From: Polymyxa betae A26-41
Lineage: Eukaryota; Protista; Endomyxa: Phytomyxea
Direction of reading: 5' to 3'
Length of the DNA stretch: 64,000 nt
NCBI GenBank assembly: GCA_003693705.1
Contig: RBZT01000789.1
Location: 1 to 64,000, forward strand
Below are positions 1 to 12,783 of this stretch, piece after piece (position 1 is the first letter of the stretch; each line of letters opens with the position of its first letter). The translations under genes were made by a program, and so were the position numbers. The notes under the pieces were generated by a model. That model had not been told where the DNA came from, did not search any database, and saw only the letters and a list, made by a program, of their open reading frames with translations.

Positions 1-295
1 GGTGCAAGAACTTGAGGATGTCTTCTCGATCTAGTCCTTCAAGCTTCGGGGCCTTGTTGACTTCAAAGGCCATGGTGCTGATTTTCTTCGGAGCTTGGGA
101 CACAAGGTCCGAGCTGCCTGAGCTAGAGCCGGAAACAACGCTCTCCTGCTCCACTTCTGCATCAGCGATTGCTCGCTTCAGCTGCACATCTTCTGATTCT
201 CTTTTACTCCGGCTCCGTGTGTTTCGGACCGAGTATGCATTGTTCGCCATGTCGACTATTGTCGGCGGTGTCAGTAAGGAGACTTTCGGAATCAT
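1..295 (-). mobile_element. 5' part of an ORF running off the window start, possibly retrotransposon gag-like, preceded by a PPT/inverted-repeat/PBS-like junction
   Basis: Minus-strand frame open from ATG 295 (second ATG 250) to base 1: MANNAYSVRNTRSRSKRESEDVQLKRA...MAFEVNKAPKLEGLDREDILKFLH. Intronless and GC-richer than the AT-rich helicase remnant it abuts near 400. Confidence 0.4.
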
Positions 296-399
296 GCCAT
301 GACCAAACGGTGGACCCCAGCGCGTGAGCGTGTCGTCGCCCAGATCAGATCGTCGCTCACGACCTCCCTCCCCACAACGAGACGTCGGACCTACACGCA

Positions 400-1385
400 C
401 TTTTTGCTGAATGTGAAAACCACACAGTTTGGATCTTCCTTTAATATGTTCTAAAAATCGAGTGTCCTCGTCTCTGAAAGTGATGCCAATATATTTCTTC
501 GGGCTACTCATAGAAATCTCATAAGTTAGGCTTTTCTCGATTCTGTTAATTTTCAAATCGCATGTCTTTGAGTATTCCGATCTCAATACACCACCAACAG
601 AATCAATATGAATTTTTCGAATGTCATCAAATCTTCTCAGTGCTGTATAGCGATTCTCAAAGGTCATTTTGGAGAATTCATCGATATTTCCATTTTCTCT
701 GTCTCGCCTTGATAGCAATGAAATGTAGTACAGTATGCCAGTTCAACATCTCTCATCTTGAACATGCCATTGACCACCCCATCCTTAAAACCATTCAATC
801 ACAGAGACCATTGTACTTGTCAAATTTTGGATAATTATTCTTTAATCGGCACTTGTCTCCAATCTTCAATTTATCTCTAAACAATTTATTGATTTTGTCC
901 TTATTCTTGTTAGTGAAACATATATTCGTTTCAAGTTTTGAATCAATACCCCTGAACACAAGACGGTCTGGAATCTACCCAGTTTTCCAATACAACTCTA
1001 AAAAGTCAATCGTATCTTGTCTCTGAAAAACGACATTTACCAAGTTCAGCCTTCTTAAAACATTTACGGAATCCAGTAAGGTCGCCAAAGAAATCGCATT
1101 TATGATACTGATATTTAAACCCAGAATTATTGATATATTCATTTTGTCGCTTGTCTCCGATAACCAAAATGACTCTTAAAAATTCTCTGAGTTTATGATA
1201 CATTTTTGACATTAGCACCTTGTCAATCGTAAAGAATTCATCTACTACGATACAATCATATAGAGTCACATCGAAATTATTCAGTGTTGGTCGCATATCA
1301 ATATCAAGATTCAAGCAATGATGAATCGTATGGCAATCTGCTACTATACCAATTCTCGAGCAATACTGTTGTGATTATAATTCCT
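400..1385 (-). pseudogene. Decayed Pif1/RecD-like superfamily 1 helicase fused to a C-terminal GIY-YIG endonuclease (mobile element/viral remnant)
   Basis: Motifs read across stops and frameshifts: CHTIHHCL, IVVDEF (II), LVIGDKRQ (III), ICFTNKNKDKIN, ELAYCTTFHCYQGET (V), RYTALRR (VI), then LTYEISMSSPKKYIGITFRDEDTRFLEH (GIY-YIG). AT-rich and intronless. No Walker A was seen (5' truncated). Confidence 0.8.
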
Positions 1386-1876
1386 CGGTTATCACTGTAC
1401 TAAGAAACGGGCATCGGGTGAATGTACAGACGGAACATCGCTCATGGACGTGCTATGAATCATCACTTTTTCTTTTTGCAGATGTAACAGTTGCAAATGT
1501 TTTCGAACTACTTGCTCCGCCAATCGGTGCTTTCAAGTTTCAAGCAACCCCCGCAGCGAGACGTCAAAACCAAGACAGCGTAAGTCCAAATACTCTCTCC
1601 TCGCGGTAGCTAACTGCTGATATTTCTCATGGTGACGATTCACGATTGTACAACAAGACAAAACCATTCAGCAACTCGACCTGATTGCATTTCTGGCATA
1701 ATTATGTTCGATGACCTGTTTTGAATGCAAGTGTTTAAAGTGCTTCGCATGTTTTTAAGGAAACCTGGGCAGTTCATTTGCTTGACAAAAAACCTACTAG
1801 GTACTGTGGTGATATTCAGATAATTCCATTTTGAAAGTAACTCAGCTATAATAATAACATTGACGGGATGCGACTT

Positions 1877-4800
1877 TCAAGTTTCATCTAGATGCACCTT
1901 GTGTTCCATCGATTTGGAGCAATCTGAATGAGGAGATCTGGGAATTCTGCCCGATCTGTTCTTCCTCGGAAAGGATCTCCACGATTTCAGGGCAAATTGA
2001 ATCAAACCTGCTGTCTTCGTCGGGACAAACAGTAACCTGCGAACAGTAATCTTAAGGTAAGCAAACAAACACACATGGAAATACCTCAATGTGGGCATGC
2101 TGATCACACAACAAATTTTCGAATATTGATCGCAGAGTATTCAAATACGCATTCTCATGCCGAGCTGGAATTCTTGCAATGCAAACTTTTAAATTACATA
2201 CTGCGAATGATCCTGAAGCCACCATTTTAACGTTCCTGACTTGAAGGCCGATCTAATAAGAAATTAGCATATAATTCAACGGGTTTCAAAGGCAGCAACT
2301 TTTGTGAGAGTCATAGCAATGTCAGCAAGTAGCCCTGGTCGATCGGGAGCGGCGACAGTAATTGAAATGATCATTCCTTCGAAATAGTTAAATAAAGGAC
2401 TAAATAGATCAGTGACCACAAATAAGATTTGCATGAAAAAAATAAGACCAAAGTAATCAACAGAAAGAGTAAAAGAGCTACAAAAGAGCAATTTACCTAT
2501 GGCGTCCTCCTGATCTTCGACAGGATCGAATGGTTTAGAGAGTTGCAACATATGTAAGTTTGCAAGTGCCTTGAACTCTGGGTGAAGATGTATTATCGAC
2601 TGACCGTGCAGCCTAGAGTTTTGTGTCTGGCTTTCTGACCGGAGGAGTTCGACAGCCTCAAAAATTGTTCTTTCAATAGAATTATGATTAGTAATCATCG
2701 ACAGTGCAGGCCAGGCGCTAAGTTCCACATTATCAACGATCTTTAACTGACAGTGTTAATAAAACCTTTTCATGCCACAAAGGATGGCTTCTTTGATAAT
2801 GGAATCGTTCGGATTAGATATTACGTCTGAAACCATGAGAAGGGAGCACGAGATTTAAAAAAGCTTACTCAAATAGTCGCGATAACCGTTTCGTAGATCA
2901 GGAATTATTGTTATCTATGAAAGCTCTTCAACAAGCAAACAAGATATCACCAGAATGATGACCTACATCACCACAATACGGCTGACTTATAATTGGAACA
3001 AGATATTCCAAGAATCTAGGTGCTAATCCAAGCTCAGCAGCCTGAACACAGCGGTGATGGATTTCCGATTTCATGAAATCGGACATTTTTTTGTAGATCC
3101 AGCGGACTGTCGATTGCGGTGGAGGATCTATAGACCTTTTCTGCAAACCTTTGACAAAAGGAATGACCTAATATGTCGCTAAGTGACATATGAACATGCC
3201 AAATCGCTAATCATTACATCTGCAAACAAAAAATTAGAGCATAAAAGTTCGACAATGAAACTACGCACAAGGATTCACTTGAGACACAATCGTAAAGCTG
3301 ACAGAAAACAGCTCAGATAGCTGCTCCTAAGAGAAAACAATCACGAATATGCTATTCGTCGAATATACGTACAATGGGAAGATCGCTTAGATAAGATCCG
3401 TCCAAGTAATGTTGAGCAGCAGCTTCAAATGGAACAAGTTCCCCGTTTGATGCCTTAGCTAAAACGTGTACAGGCCTAAAAAGCCCTGGAACTGCACAAC
3501 TGGCGCAAGCTGCTGACCAGATGACGACTTTTGGTGCTGTTAAGTGATTGAGTAATCGGGTTCCCTGTAAACTCTTAAGTTCTATGTGAACTCAAGCACA
3601 CAGCATATCTAACCTTTTTCAATCGAACTGCATGGCTGGCAGTGATATTGAGAATGCGTCCTGGGAAACATCAAGACAAATAAAATATCAGCAAGCAGAA
3701 AAGACCTGTTCGCTGATAGGCTTCTTCAAAAGTTATATCTCCGAAAAAACTTTGGAAACAGGTTTTAATATTGTCGACATCCAGAAAAGCGCCTTCTTTG
3801 ATCAGTCTGTAAATACGTAAGCAAGAGGTGGGAGCGGATTTAAAATTATAGAACCTTTTGATTTTGATAAAGATATTATCACTATGACCGAAATAATCGA
3901 AACGAAAATTTCCCTCCTCTAACAAAGCTAGCAGCTCGGAATCGGTTTTAACACCAATAATGCTGGCAACTAAGAGAGCATGTATCCGTAAATTCGAGGC
4001 TAAACTAAAGCACTTCACCTCTGACCTATTGAGCCAGCAGAAGAGCCTGAGATAACTCGAGGTAATACTCCAGCAACAGCTAGGGCTTTAACGACTCCAA
4101 GATGGTAAAGGCCAAAAGTGGCACCTCCTGATAGTAACAAGGCACTACGGCCAAACAACCGCCTAACTTCTACGAACAGAGTCAGTGATTTAGGACAACA
4201 CGAGAACAATGGTACCTTTAAAGAAAGACAACTTCTGATGGACAGTTAGGCCAGTCTTATTGCAGTTTACGAGATGCTCCAGCGACAAAATCACTTCCTT
4301 TACATAGCTGATGAATTACATCAGCGATAACGTTAATCATAACCAAAAGCAATACTCTTCAATTAGATACTTGGTTCCCGCATGCGTATGTTCATAGAGT
4401 TGCACATTTTCAAGGCCTTTCAACAAATCAGCAAATTAACTACTATCTCATAATTACTCGTACCTCCAAAGTTCTTGTGCAATGAATTCCGAAGATGATA
4501 CATCAAAGAAACGGTATCGTTTGATTTGCGCGCTTCTTGCAGCTTTTCAACAGTTTTCTATCTTCAATTTGAGTCTCATCTCGCAGCACAAGACGAAAAC
4601 CAGCGAATTACATGCACAAGAGAATAATCATAGTAAGGAGATTCATCTTTGACTTTCCATAACTCTCTGCCTTCCAGAACATCTAATAAAACAGCGGCCT
4701 GATGCCAAGAATCGAAATCTTCTGCATCTCTCATCTGGCACTGTAGAAGTCTAACCATTTTTCCCTTATCACGCTCTAACAACTTTTCATACAGCAACTA

Positions 4801-5045
4801 GTTTAAGCATTAGCTTCAAAACATTGATTCACAATCGGAACTTCACCTCTTGATCGACTCCAACGGACTGCGGAACGAAAGATCGCCACATTTAAAGCTA
4901 GCCGGCCTGCAATAGCAATACTGACGAGCAAGCTATTACGGAAATGAAGATGGACAGAAGCGGTTGCTGTTTCAGCTAATGGCAATGCTGCAGACTGGAG
5001 GGAAACCCAAAGTGCACTATAGAATGGAAAAAGGAGGCCGCTCAC
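1877..5045 (-). CDS. Patatin-like triacylglycerol lipase (SDP1/TGL3-5 family) with a C-terminal ACT-like domain, multi-exon
   Basis: LLLSGGATFGLYH (oxyanion), VISGSSAGS (GxSxG nucleophile), YLDGSYLSDLP (catalytic Asp), N-terminal SWHQAAVLLDVLEGRELWK segment, and C-terminal ITVAAPDRPGLLADIAMTLTK. Start and last exons approximate. Confidence 0.85.
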
Positions 5046-5048
5046 TGT

Positions 5049-5680
5049 CTAATACTGTCTGGTGAAAAGCCGTTCATAGGCGACGTGCCGTAACGCGTGG
5101 CGGCCCTTGTCGCGGTAAACATACACAGCGGAGACCCGTAATGGCGTAATGTTCCAGTAATGTTGTATGACTTCGGCTGCAGCTGATGCGATCCAACAAG
5201 TTGATGAAAGTTGCCAGCAACTTGCAGCGCAAGATTTCATTGAAAAATTTTGTAGCTGTTAACCTGGACAAAGGATAACAGCATACCAAAAGCTTGCTCA
5301 TATCATTGATATACATTGCAGCAAATTTCCCTTCTATGCGATCATGTAAAAATGCATATTTTGTATATCCACAATAGAATGATGTTATAGGCACTTTTAG
5401 GACAGCATCACCAACTCGCCATGTTTCCGATCCAATCTGTTAGCTTCTTAGATTAGTTAGCCTGTTCCGCCAGAATTAGAATACCTATGAAGAACTCTAT
5501 CATCTTTCGATCTAGAATATTGGACATTGGATGTAACCCTATCCAAGTCATGATGGTCTCTCCTGTAGATCGATAGACACTCTCAAATCGTTGACGTTAG
5601 AGTGGATAGTCCAATCGATCTCTTGATCGTCTAATCGGTATGTCAACAACAGCCAATCCCTCGATAATACAGAACCTGGA
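5049..5680 (-). CDS. Possible small multi-exon hypothetical gene
   Basis: Open exon-like frames (QIGSETWRVGDAVLKVPITSFYCGYTKYAFLHDRIEGKFAAM...) bounded by AG/GT. No recognisable family. Confidence 0.25.
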
Positions 5681-5915
5681 ACGCAAAGGCAAGCACAAAG
5701 CTCACGCGAGTTTCTTGCCTGATAGATTGCGAACTGCTGACAGCACTATAGCAATGCGAGTTTAGGAAGAGGCGGAAATTGGCGATCGAAGAAGAGCAAG
5801 CCTGTCATTAGTGCAAAAAGCTCTTCGGGAACGTTAAGACTTTCAAGCATATTGAGAGCAGGATAAAGTCGAAGCAAGTTTCTATGTTAAGAAAGCTGTT
5901 ATATGACTTGAATTG

Positions 5916-8900
5916 TCACCGTTGAGGCTGCTGTATTGAATGAGATGATCGCAGTAACATTTCACCAACGATGGAATCGGGTCTACGAAGCGCGCGGTCT
6001 CGAGGCGTTTGCCCTTGGAAATCAGTGACACTTGCCAAGGCTTCGTTTTGTAATAGGAGGTATTGGACACAAAGTGGATCATCGCGTTCAGCGGCAAGAT
6101 GAAGGGCCGAGGAACCATCTGAAGGACTAACGAATGCTGGTGATGCACCACCTGCCAAACAGGACATCATCTTCACCAGATCACCACGAGATGCAGCTTC
6201 CAAAAGCTGGATCATATATTAAGGCTATTTTGAACGCAAGCTTTCTAAAAAAGATGGAAACCGGATATTTTCTTACCAGTTCATTCTGTATCTGACCGTC
6301 TAACACGATAAATTTTCTATTGACGTATTTGTCTTTGATAAAGGCTTCCTTCACTTCACGGCGAGACTTCGGTTGGGGTTTCAGCGAACTATCTGTGAGT
6401 CCAGATTCCCAGATGGTATTAAATCGAGCATTTCCGATTGCAATTAACAGCTATTAAAATGGGTTAATTCAAGGGCAGAGAAGAACAATAACAACTCACT
6501 TGTAGCGTCTCAACGCCAATATCATCAAGAGTTATGGACCGAACCTTTGAAATATGAGAACCCAGCGAACGATGAATACCACTGCATTCGATGCAGATCA
6601 AAATGCAATGGTTTACAGAACACCATTCGGGATCTTCAACGCCACAATCCGCACACATTCTAACAGCAAGTGTTGAGATACCAGGCAGCATAGGCGTTGA
6701 AAATTGACCTATTTGCAGTTAAAACAACCCCAATCAGGTCGTTCGTTTGCTCGATTCGTTCCTTTCCTGAATGTAGCGGTAGTTTTTTCCTTAGATCCAA
6801 TGCTGATAAGTAGATCATTTCAGTGTTAGATAGATTTGAAAATATGCTCACGCTGCGATCGTGTGGACAGCATGAATTCAGTGCATGCCAAGATAACAGA
6901 CACCCATGATTGCACATCAGCTTCGGATTCTCCCTAGATGCAGCTGAGCTGACCACCAACCACAAAATAAACTTCATGCCTGTAATGTATACACCCTTCG
7001 ATTAGGGCTGATAATTTCAAAGCAGTACGGAAGCTGATTGTGGTTATTCTCACTTGGACCAGGCAGGAGTCGAACAGTGCAAATGAGGATATTTGTGACA
7101 AATTCAGGAACTAGGCCTATATCGCCTTCTGCAGCTGACTTGGAACGTGTATCTACGGGACGATAACTGTTAGTCTAGGTTAGCACATTAGAAGATCATG
7201 ACAAAAGCAGTACTAACTAGTATAGTTGCCCTTCTTCTAAAACGAACCTGGGAACACAGTAAATACCAGTGCCAAACAGTGATAATGTGCTTTATCCAAT
7301 CTGATTTACGCCATAACAAAAAAAGCGCAAAAACAGATAATCTGCCATTCCCAGTCAACTCACCAGCGACGTTTCCAATCCTTCTTTATACTGGAACTTA
7401 GTTTCAACAGATAGCCTGCTTTCGATATCGTGACTCGTGACATGCGTCGTGACGGCGGTTGAGGATCTCAATATTATAATCAGATCGATAGGTGATTACG
7501 ACGTTTGTTAACCGACCTGGAAGCAAAGGTGTTGATGCGCGCCGGTTTATTGCTGGAGGTGAACATCCGCGAGGTTCGGGTGATGTGCTATGAGCTCTAG
7601 AACCATCTGCGAAAAGAGAAAATAAGCATTAAGATTGATTATAATTTTGGAGAACAAAAGAACTGAAAATTCAGAGACAATTGAAGCGTACCTGGGGTTG
7701 ATAGAGATTTCTGAAGGCGTTGTCGAGAAATAGTCACTTTTTTCTGGACCTGATTGTAGTAATCCATTTTTTTCGCAATAATTACCTAGGAAGTTCTCAG
7801 CAATGCCAAAGCAAGGTGTGGTTCCGAGCCAACTTGTATCTCCTTAGCAGCTGGATTCATCGACAGCGATAACTCATGTCCAGAATGAAAAAATGCCAAA
7901 AACGCATATTGACAAGAGCAAATGCCTGATCAGGCTATCAAACTAAAGCAAATCTTGTGACATATGGAGCTTGCCTTCTAACAGCTCCATTTTTCGAATG
8001 GAGACCAAGCTGTTCAAATCGGTAACCTGCGTGGATGTTAGGCCAATCGCTAATCAGCAAAGTATCTTACATGATCAAATGCAGCGAGCTGGAAACGACG
8101 ATTCAAAGCAGCCAACTTCTCCTGTTCCTGTGTCTGAATCATCTTACCGAAAACCTTACGAACAACCCCTTGAGACGAAGGTATAGGAGTGTGTAAAGTC
8201 TATCAGTAATGAGGAAGCAAATCAAACTAGTCTCAAGCAATAACCTTCAGAAGCATCTGTTCGTACTCCTCCCACATCCGATGCAATTGTGCTCCCGCAG
8301 CTTTCACTGGAGCGAGATGACGTTGTCGGAACTCGGCAATTCTTGATAGGAATGTCTTTTCTATTGAGAATCCTAGAATATCTTGAAAAACTGGATTGAA
8401 AAGTCAGTTGCGAGCAAAGTAACCAACTACCATCACCCTGGACTTCTTTAAGCGTTTCGCCAAGTTTCCGAAAATTGGCTCCTAAAGAAAGCTTATCATG
8501 ATCTGCGCTTTCGATTTCGACATCTCGCCAGTCTGCGCATAGCTCCATAGCTAATGCGTTGGCAATGACGGCATACTGGGACCCGATTTCGCAGAACTGC
8601 GTTCCTAGAGCCATGAGCCACAATCAATACCCAAACAATAGTTTCGTTCATAAGCAGTGAGTAAGTGAAACAAACTAGGAATATCATTACCAAGCCGCTC
8701 GATATGCTTTAAGTGTTTACCAAGCGCTTTAACACGCATTTGCTTTTCAACAAGTTCTTTCCAGAAAAAAGGGCTTGGAGGTCCATATCTGCATTAGTTT
8801 GTCAACAGAGTTGATAGCGCCGATACCAATTCAGTACTCAATAAAAGTTCCTGGTAGGTCTGAATATTGCCCTTGAGTGATGTCTGCCTGTTCAGCATGC

Positions 8901-9368
8901 CGAACCGCCTCACGAGATTCGAAATCGGTCTCAAGATGATCAGCTCGGGCAAGTGACAGCTGAGCGCGCCCGTCGGCTACTTTCTTGGACAAACTGCGAT
9001 TCTGTTCAAGCACCCTATGTCAGATCTATTAGCTAAAGGCTGTCAAAGAGACACAACTGCAACTTCCGAAACCAAGTATAGCTATTTTCTAGATTGATCA
9101 AGTTGCTCAGTAGAATCTCAAAATCAAAAACGAACCAGCCCCTTGAGCAAGCTGAAACGCGCTACACATACCGATGAAGTTCGTCATCACGTTGCTCAAT
9201 TATACAATATTGCTCATAGATCTTATCACGTGCATGTTGGATATACAAAAATAGTTCGTCATGCGACATGCTCTCAAGATCCTGAGTTAAGAATGCCTTC
9301 AGCGATGGCGGCAACGAATTTGGCGACGACTTTGAATAGCTGGACGAGCGAGATGTTCGTCCAGTCAT
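5916..9368 (-). CDS. BAR-PH-ArfGAP-ankyrin repeat protein (ACAP/centaurin-beta/AGD1-like), multi-exon
   Basis: ArfGAP zinc finger CADC...[36 protein letters not shown] start [12 protein letters not shown] (~7360-7400), N-terminal coiled-coil/BAR exons, and ankyrin exon [24 protein letters not shown]...GQTPRDRA. Confidence 0.9.
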
Positions 9369-10162
9369 GGCGACGACGGCTGGATTCGCAGGTTCCGGCC
9401 GAGTAGAGGTTTAATGGTTTATCTAAATTCCACTAGCAGAATCTACTAGAATGATGATAGTCTCGCCTAAATGCAAAATGACAGCACTCAATCAATAATG
9501 AATATGCCGAATAATGGATAGGCAGCTTGATCAAATATACACGTGTAGCGCATGTCGTGCGTTACAAAAGACGCATAGAGCGGGCGCGACCTTCATCTAT
9601 TTTTGCTTTGCATTTCGTCACATCTGCCCGATACCGTACGGTGTGAAAATCTGAGAATTTGGTCCAGTGTACACACATTATCAAACTTGCTCTTTTTTGA
9701 CAAAGATCGCCATCGAGACTCTTTCAAGTCAATGTCTCCAGTTTCATAATATGCATCCAGGTGCCGAACGGATGACAATAAGGCTGATCTCCTGAATATC
9801 ATGACACTGATGACCCATCCCTGCGTTCGCTCAAATACAGTAGAACAATGTGTCTCTTTTGCTGCGAAAATTTATAAATCAGACACGGATGTGGAAACCC
9901 GGCCAGATCAATATATCATAAATTTATTTATGGGGACTGAACTTCAGGCACATGTTGACATGGAACTGAATTCGTCGCATTAAAGCCATTTGTCTTCCGG
10001 CTTCAACAACAGGCCTATGTACAGCGAAATCGTATAAACTGCACGTTTGACCCTTAGGAAGACTCAACGAGCTTTCAATTAAGTTTAACATTGTTCAAGC
10101 ATTACGGCAAAGCTTTCTGAAAGCCCAGCGATAAACTGTCTTGCAACATCCGGTCGAAAACA

Positions 10163-11670
10163 TTATTGCAACAACTCGGTAGCGACTGGAGTCGCCAAAA
10201 AACGAGGAAGCGGGCCGCTCTCTATCAGAAATTTTACTTCAAACCAGACCTGATCAAATACGCATTGGTCGATCGGGATCGGCTCCAATTCTGGAGAGAA
10301 TCCAAACGATGATCTTCCAAACGTCTGGTACAGCTCTCGGCGGCTATCACACGAGATATTCAGAGATAGAGGCGCAGATTCAGCAATAAATATATCGAAT
10401 ATTGTGCTGGCTTGGCTGTGAAGATGATGACGGTCGAATGTCAGACTTTTCGTATTCCTCTCACCCAAGGCGGGACTCGTCCTCGGCTTGACTGTTTTGA
10501 GTAGATTCGTCATCATTGTTTGGTCACCCTTTTTCAATGCTTGGACTGCATCGTAGAACAATAGCAACTCGACACAAACCTCTGTTTGATCAATCAGTCG
10601 TTATTCACAGGCGGAAAAGCGATAAAAAGGTGTCCAACGCATAATGAGAAGAGAATCGCTTGCGCTCGATTCTACTACAACAGGGAACGCAATACACAAA
10701 AAGAATACCGTTTTCCAGATACTGGAACAGAGCTTGGTAGCAAATCGGATCCGCGAGAAATTCGTCTAGATCGATCTTAAATCCAATGGTGCCCTGAACG
10801 AGTTTTTCCTGCGTCCGCCTCAAAGGCGCCCATATATTCAAATAAAAAATTAGATGTGAGGAGATCCAGAGTTGCAACCCGAAAACAGGAATGAGTTCAG
10901 CATCTTAGGTGAAGATATTAATGTACTGGTTTTGATAACTCTCATGATGAACATACCGATTTCTCTAATAGCTCCAATTACAGTGATGACGATTGATATA
11001 ATTTCACTCGTTATCAAAACTCTGAACGTCCATGCTAATTCCATCTAGATTTGAATAACTAAATCAAAAGCAGAAAAACGAGAACCATTCTGACCTTGGT
11101 TCCAAAAGCGTCAAAACCGAGTCGAAGACGCAGAGCCACGAGGGCTCCAAGAACCGTAATGATAGAGATTTGGATGTGGCTGGAAGTGCTTGATATTCTG
11201 CTGATACATGAAGGGTAGAGACCCAGGAGTAAGAAATGCAAACCGATATGCAGAATAGAGAGCAAAGTCATCAAGATCAGGCGAGCCCTGGTCGAGACCA
11301 TGTGAACATTTCTCAGAAACCAAGAGTCTGCGGGCGTTAGAGACCACGAGGCGTTCGATAAAACTTTCGAACGAGCTATACGATGTCGTAGATAGAGAAG
11401 GCAGGCTCGATATGAAAACCAAGATGCCAAAAGCGGTAGAAGAAGATGAAAGACGAGGTCATTCTGGCACAATCTTGCCCAAACCCGATACAATTCATAT
11501 ACTGGAATGGCTAAGAGTAAGCATTGACAAATTGCCAGTAGAATAGGCTCCTTTGATCGAATACTTCTGTGATGGCGATGGTCAAGATAGAGCCAAATAA
11601 TTGGTGTGCAAACAAGCAGATCAACGATGATGGCTACGATGAGAAAATCGAGCGATATTCGCTCGATCAT
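10163..11670 (-). CDS. 7TM-RGS protein (multi-pass membrane region plus regulator of G-protein signalling domain)
   Basis: About 7 hydrophobic segments over exons 11670-10850, then RGS features LDEFLADPICYQALFQYLE, ELLLFYDAVQ, IFDIFIAESAPLSLNISCDSRREL, VFDQVWFEVKFLIESGPLPRFL. Confidence 0.85.
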
Positions 11671-11854
11671 GTCGCCACCCCGGAATCATATTTGATAGGT
11701 GGCCCTCATTCTGTGTACTGACTGTAAAACGTCAAAGAGCTGAAAACGACCGTACGTGTGCTTATGAGTGCTAGAATCTTTTTACAAGAAAACGGTTAAA
11801 GCAACATGACTTTGATGGCTGTATAGATAAAAAACACATTCTTCTACGATTCTT

Positions 11855-12289
11855 CTACGACGAGCCCCGGAACTTCATGCAGATAACAGCTAAGGCAGCT
11901 AGAACACCAACTCCAACCGAGCTGAATGTTATTAACCTTTGATAGAAAACCCGGCGTTCGTGTTCGGTTTCAATCAGCTTGATGATCTCGCCTTCTTCAG
12001 GAAATCGATCGGATTCCAGTTTGGAAAAGATCAATTTGTCATCCAACACTACCTCAAAAGTTTCTGATGAAGTGATTAAAAAATTTGACCGGTTGATGCA
12101 AAGCAATTACTCATTCTAGGCGGGACATGATTGCCGACTACTTCAGTGCCTGGAAAGGCCTTGGTGAGTTCGGCAGATAGGTCGGCGAATCTGGTCTGAT
12201 TTGTGAGACAGAGAATATCATTGCTAAACGAACTCGAAATACTTTTGATAATAACCGCAGCCTGTGCAGAATTCAACTTTCACCGTCAT
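11855..12289 (-). CDS. Rdx family (SelW/SelT/SelH/MIEN1-like) thioredoxin-fold protein, Cys form, with C-terminal transmembrane tail
   Basis: ATG 12289 gives MTVKVEFCTGCGYYQK (CxxC), then FADLSAELTKAFPGTEVVGN and FEVVLDDKLIFSKLESDRFPEEGEI, followed by a hydrophobic tail LITFSSVGVGVLAALAVICM. Confidence 0.85.
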
Positions 12290-12783
12290 GGTGCTTGCAG
12301 CCCAGTTACTGCTCTGTTGATGACGTTAAAAAAAGCGCACCGTAGTTCACGTATTTACATACTGTACCTATACTTGTTTTCACAAAACTGCGTCATAGAT
12401 ACCAATGCGGCCAGCAATTTCCTACGCACTTTTTCGAAGCATTTTGTAGAAGAAACAGAAGAGATTCATGCTTGATGCAGTGATGTTGAATGGAACAATT
12501 TGCAGGGTGCAGGGTGTGAGCAAAAAACTAGATTAACTTGTGTTTGATGATGATTTAAGTTCTATATAACCAGTGCCTCCATTGTATTGTTATCGTATCA
12601 AAATCTTGGAAAAACAACGACCGACATGTTGCGGAAGTTCACCCAGTAAAGAAAAGATTTGTCGCAAATCGACTTATTTGCCCAGTGTTAATGCTTTTCT
12701 TCAAGGATCTTTCACCCATTTTTTCAAGAGTGGCTGTGAGCTTTCAACATGGATGCTGTATTATTATATCTCTTCCTTTAGGA

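Noticed and set aside
9593-10150. Short ORFs between ArfGAP and 7TM-RGS
   Set aside because: No motif, coherent splice model or coding bias could be established.
12250-12290. Possible selenoprotein (Sec/TGA) in the Rdx gene
   Set aside because: The motif is TGC-ACA-GGC-TGC (CTGC). There is no in-frame TGA, so no SECIS is needed.
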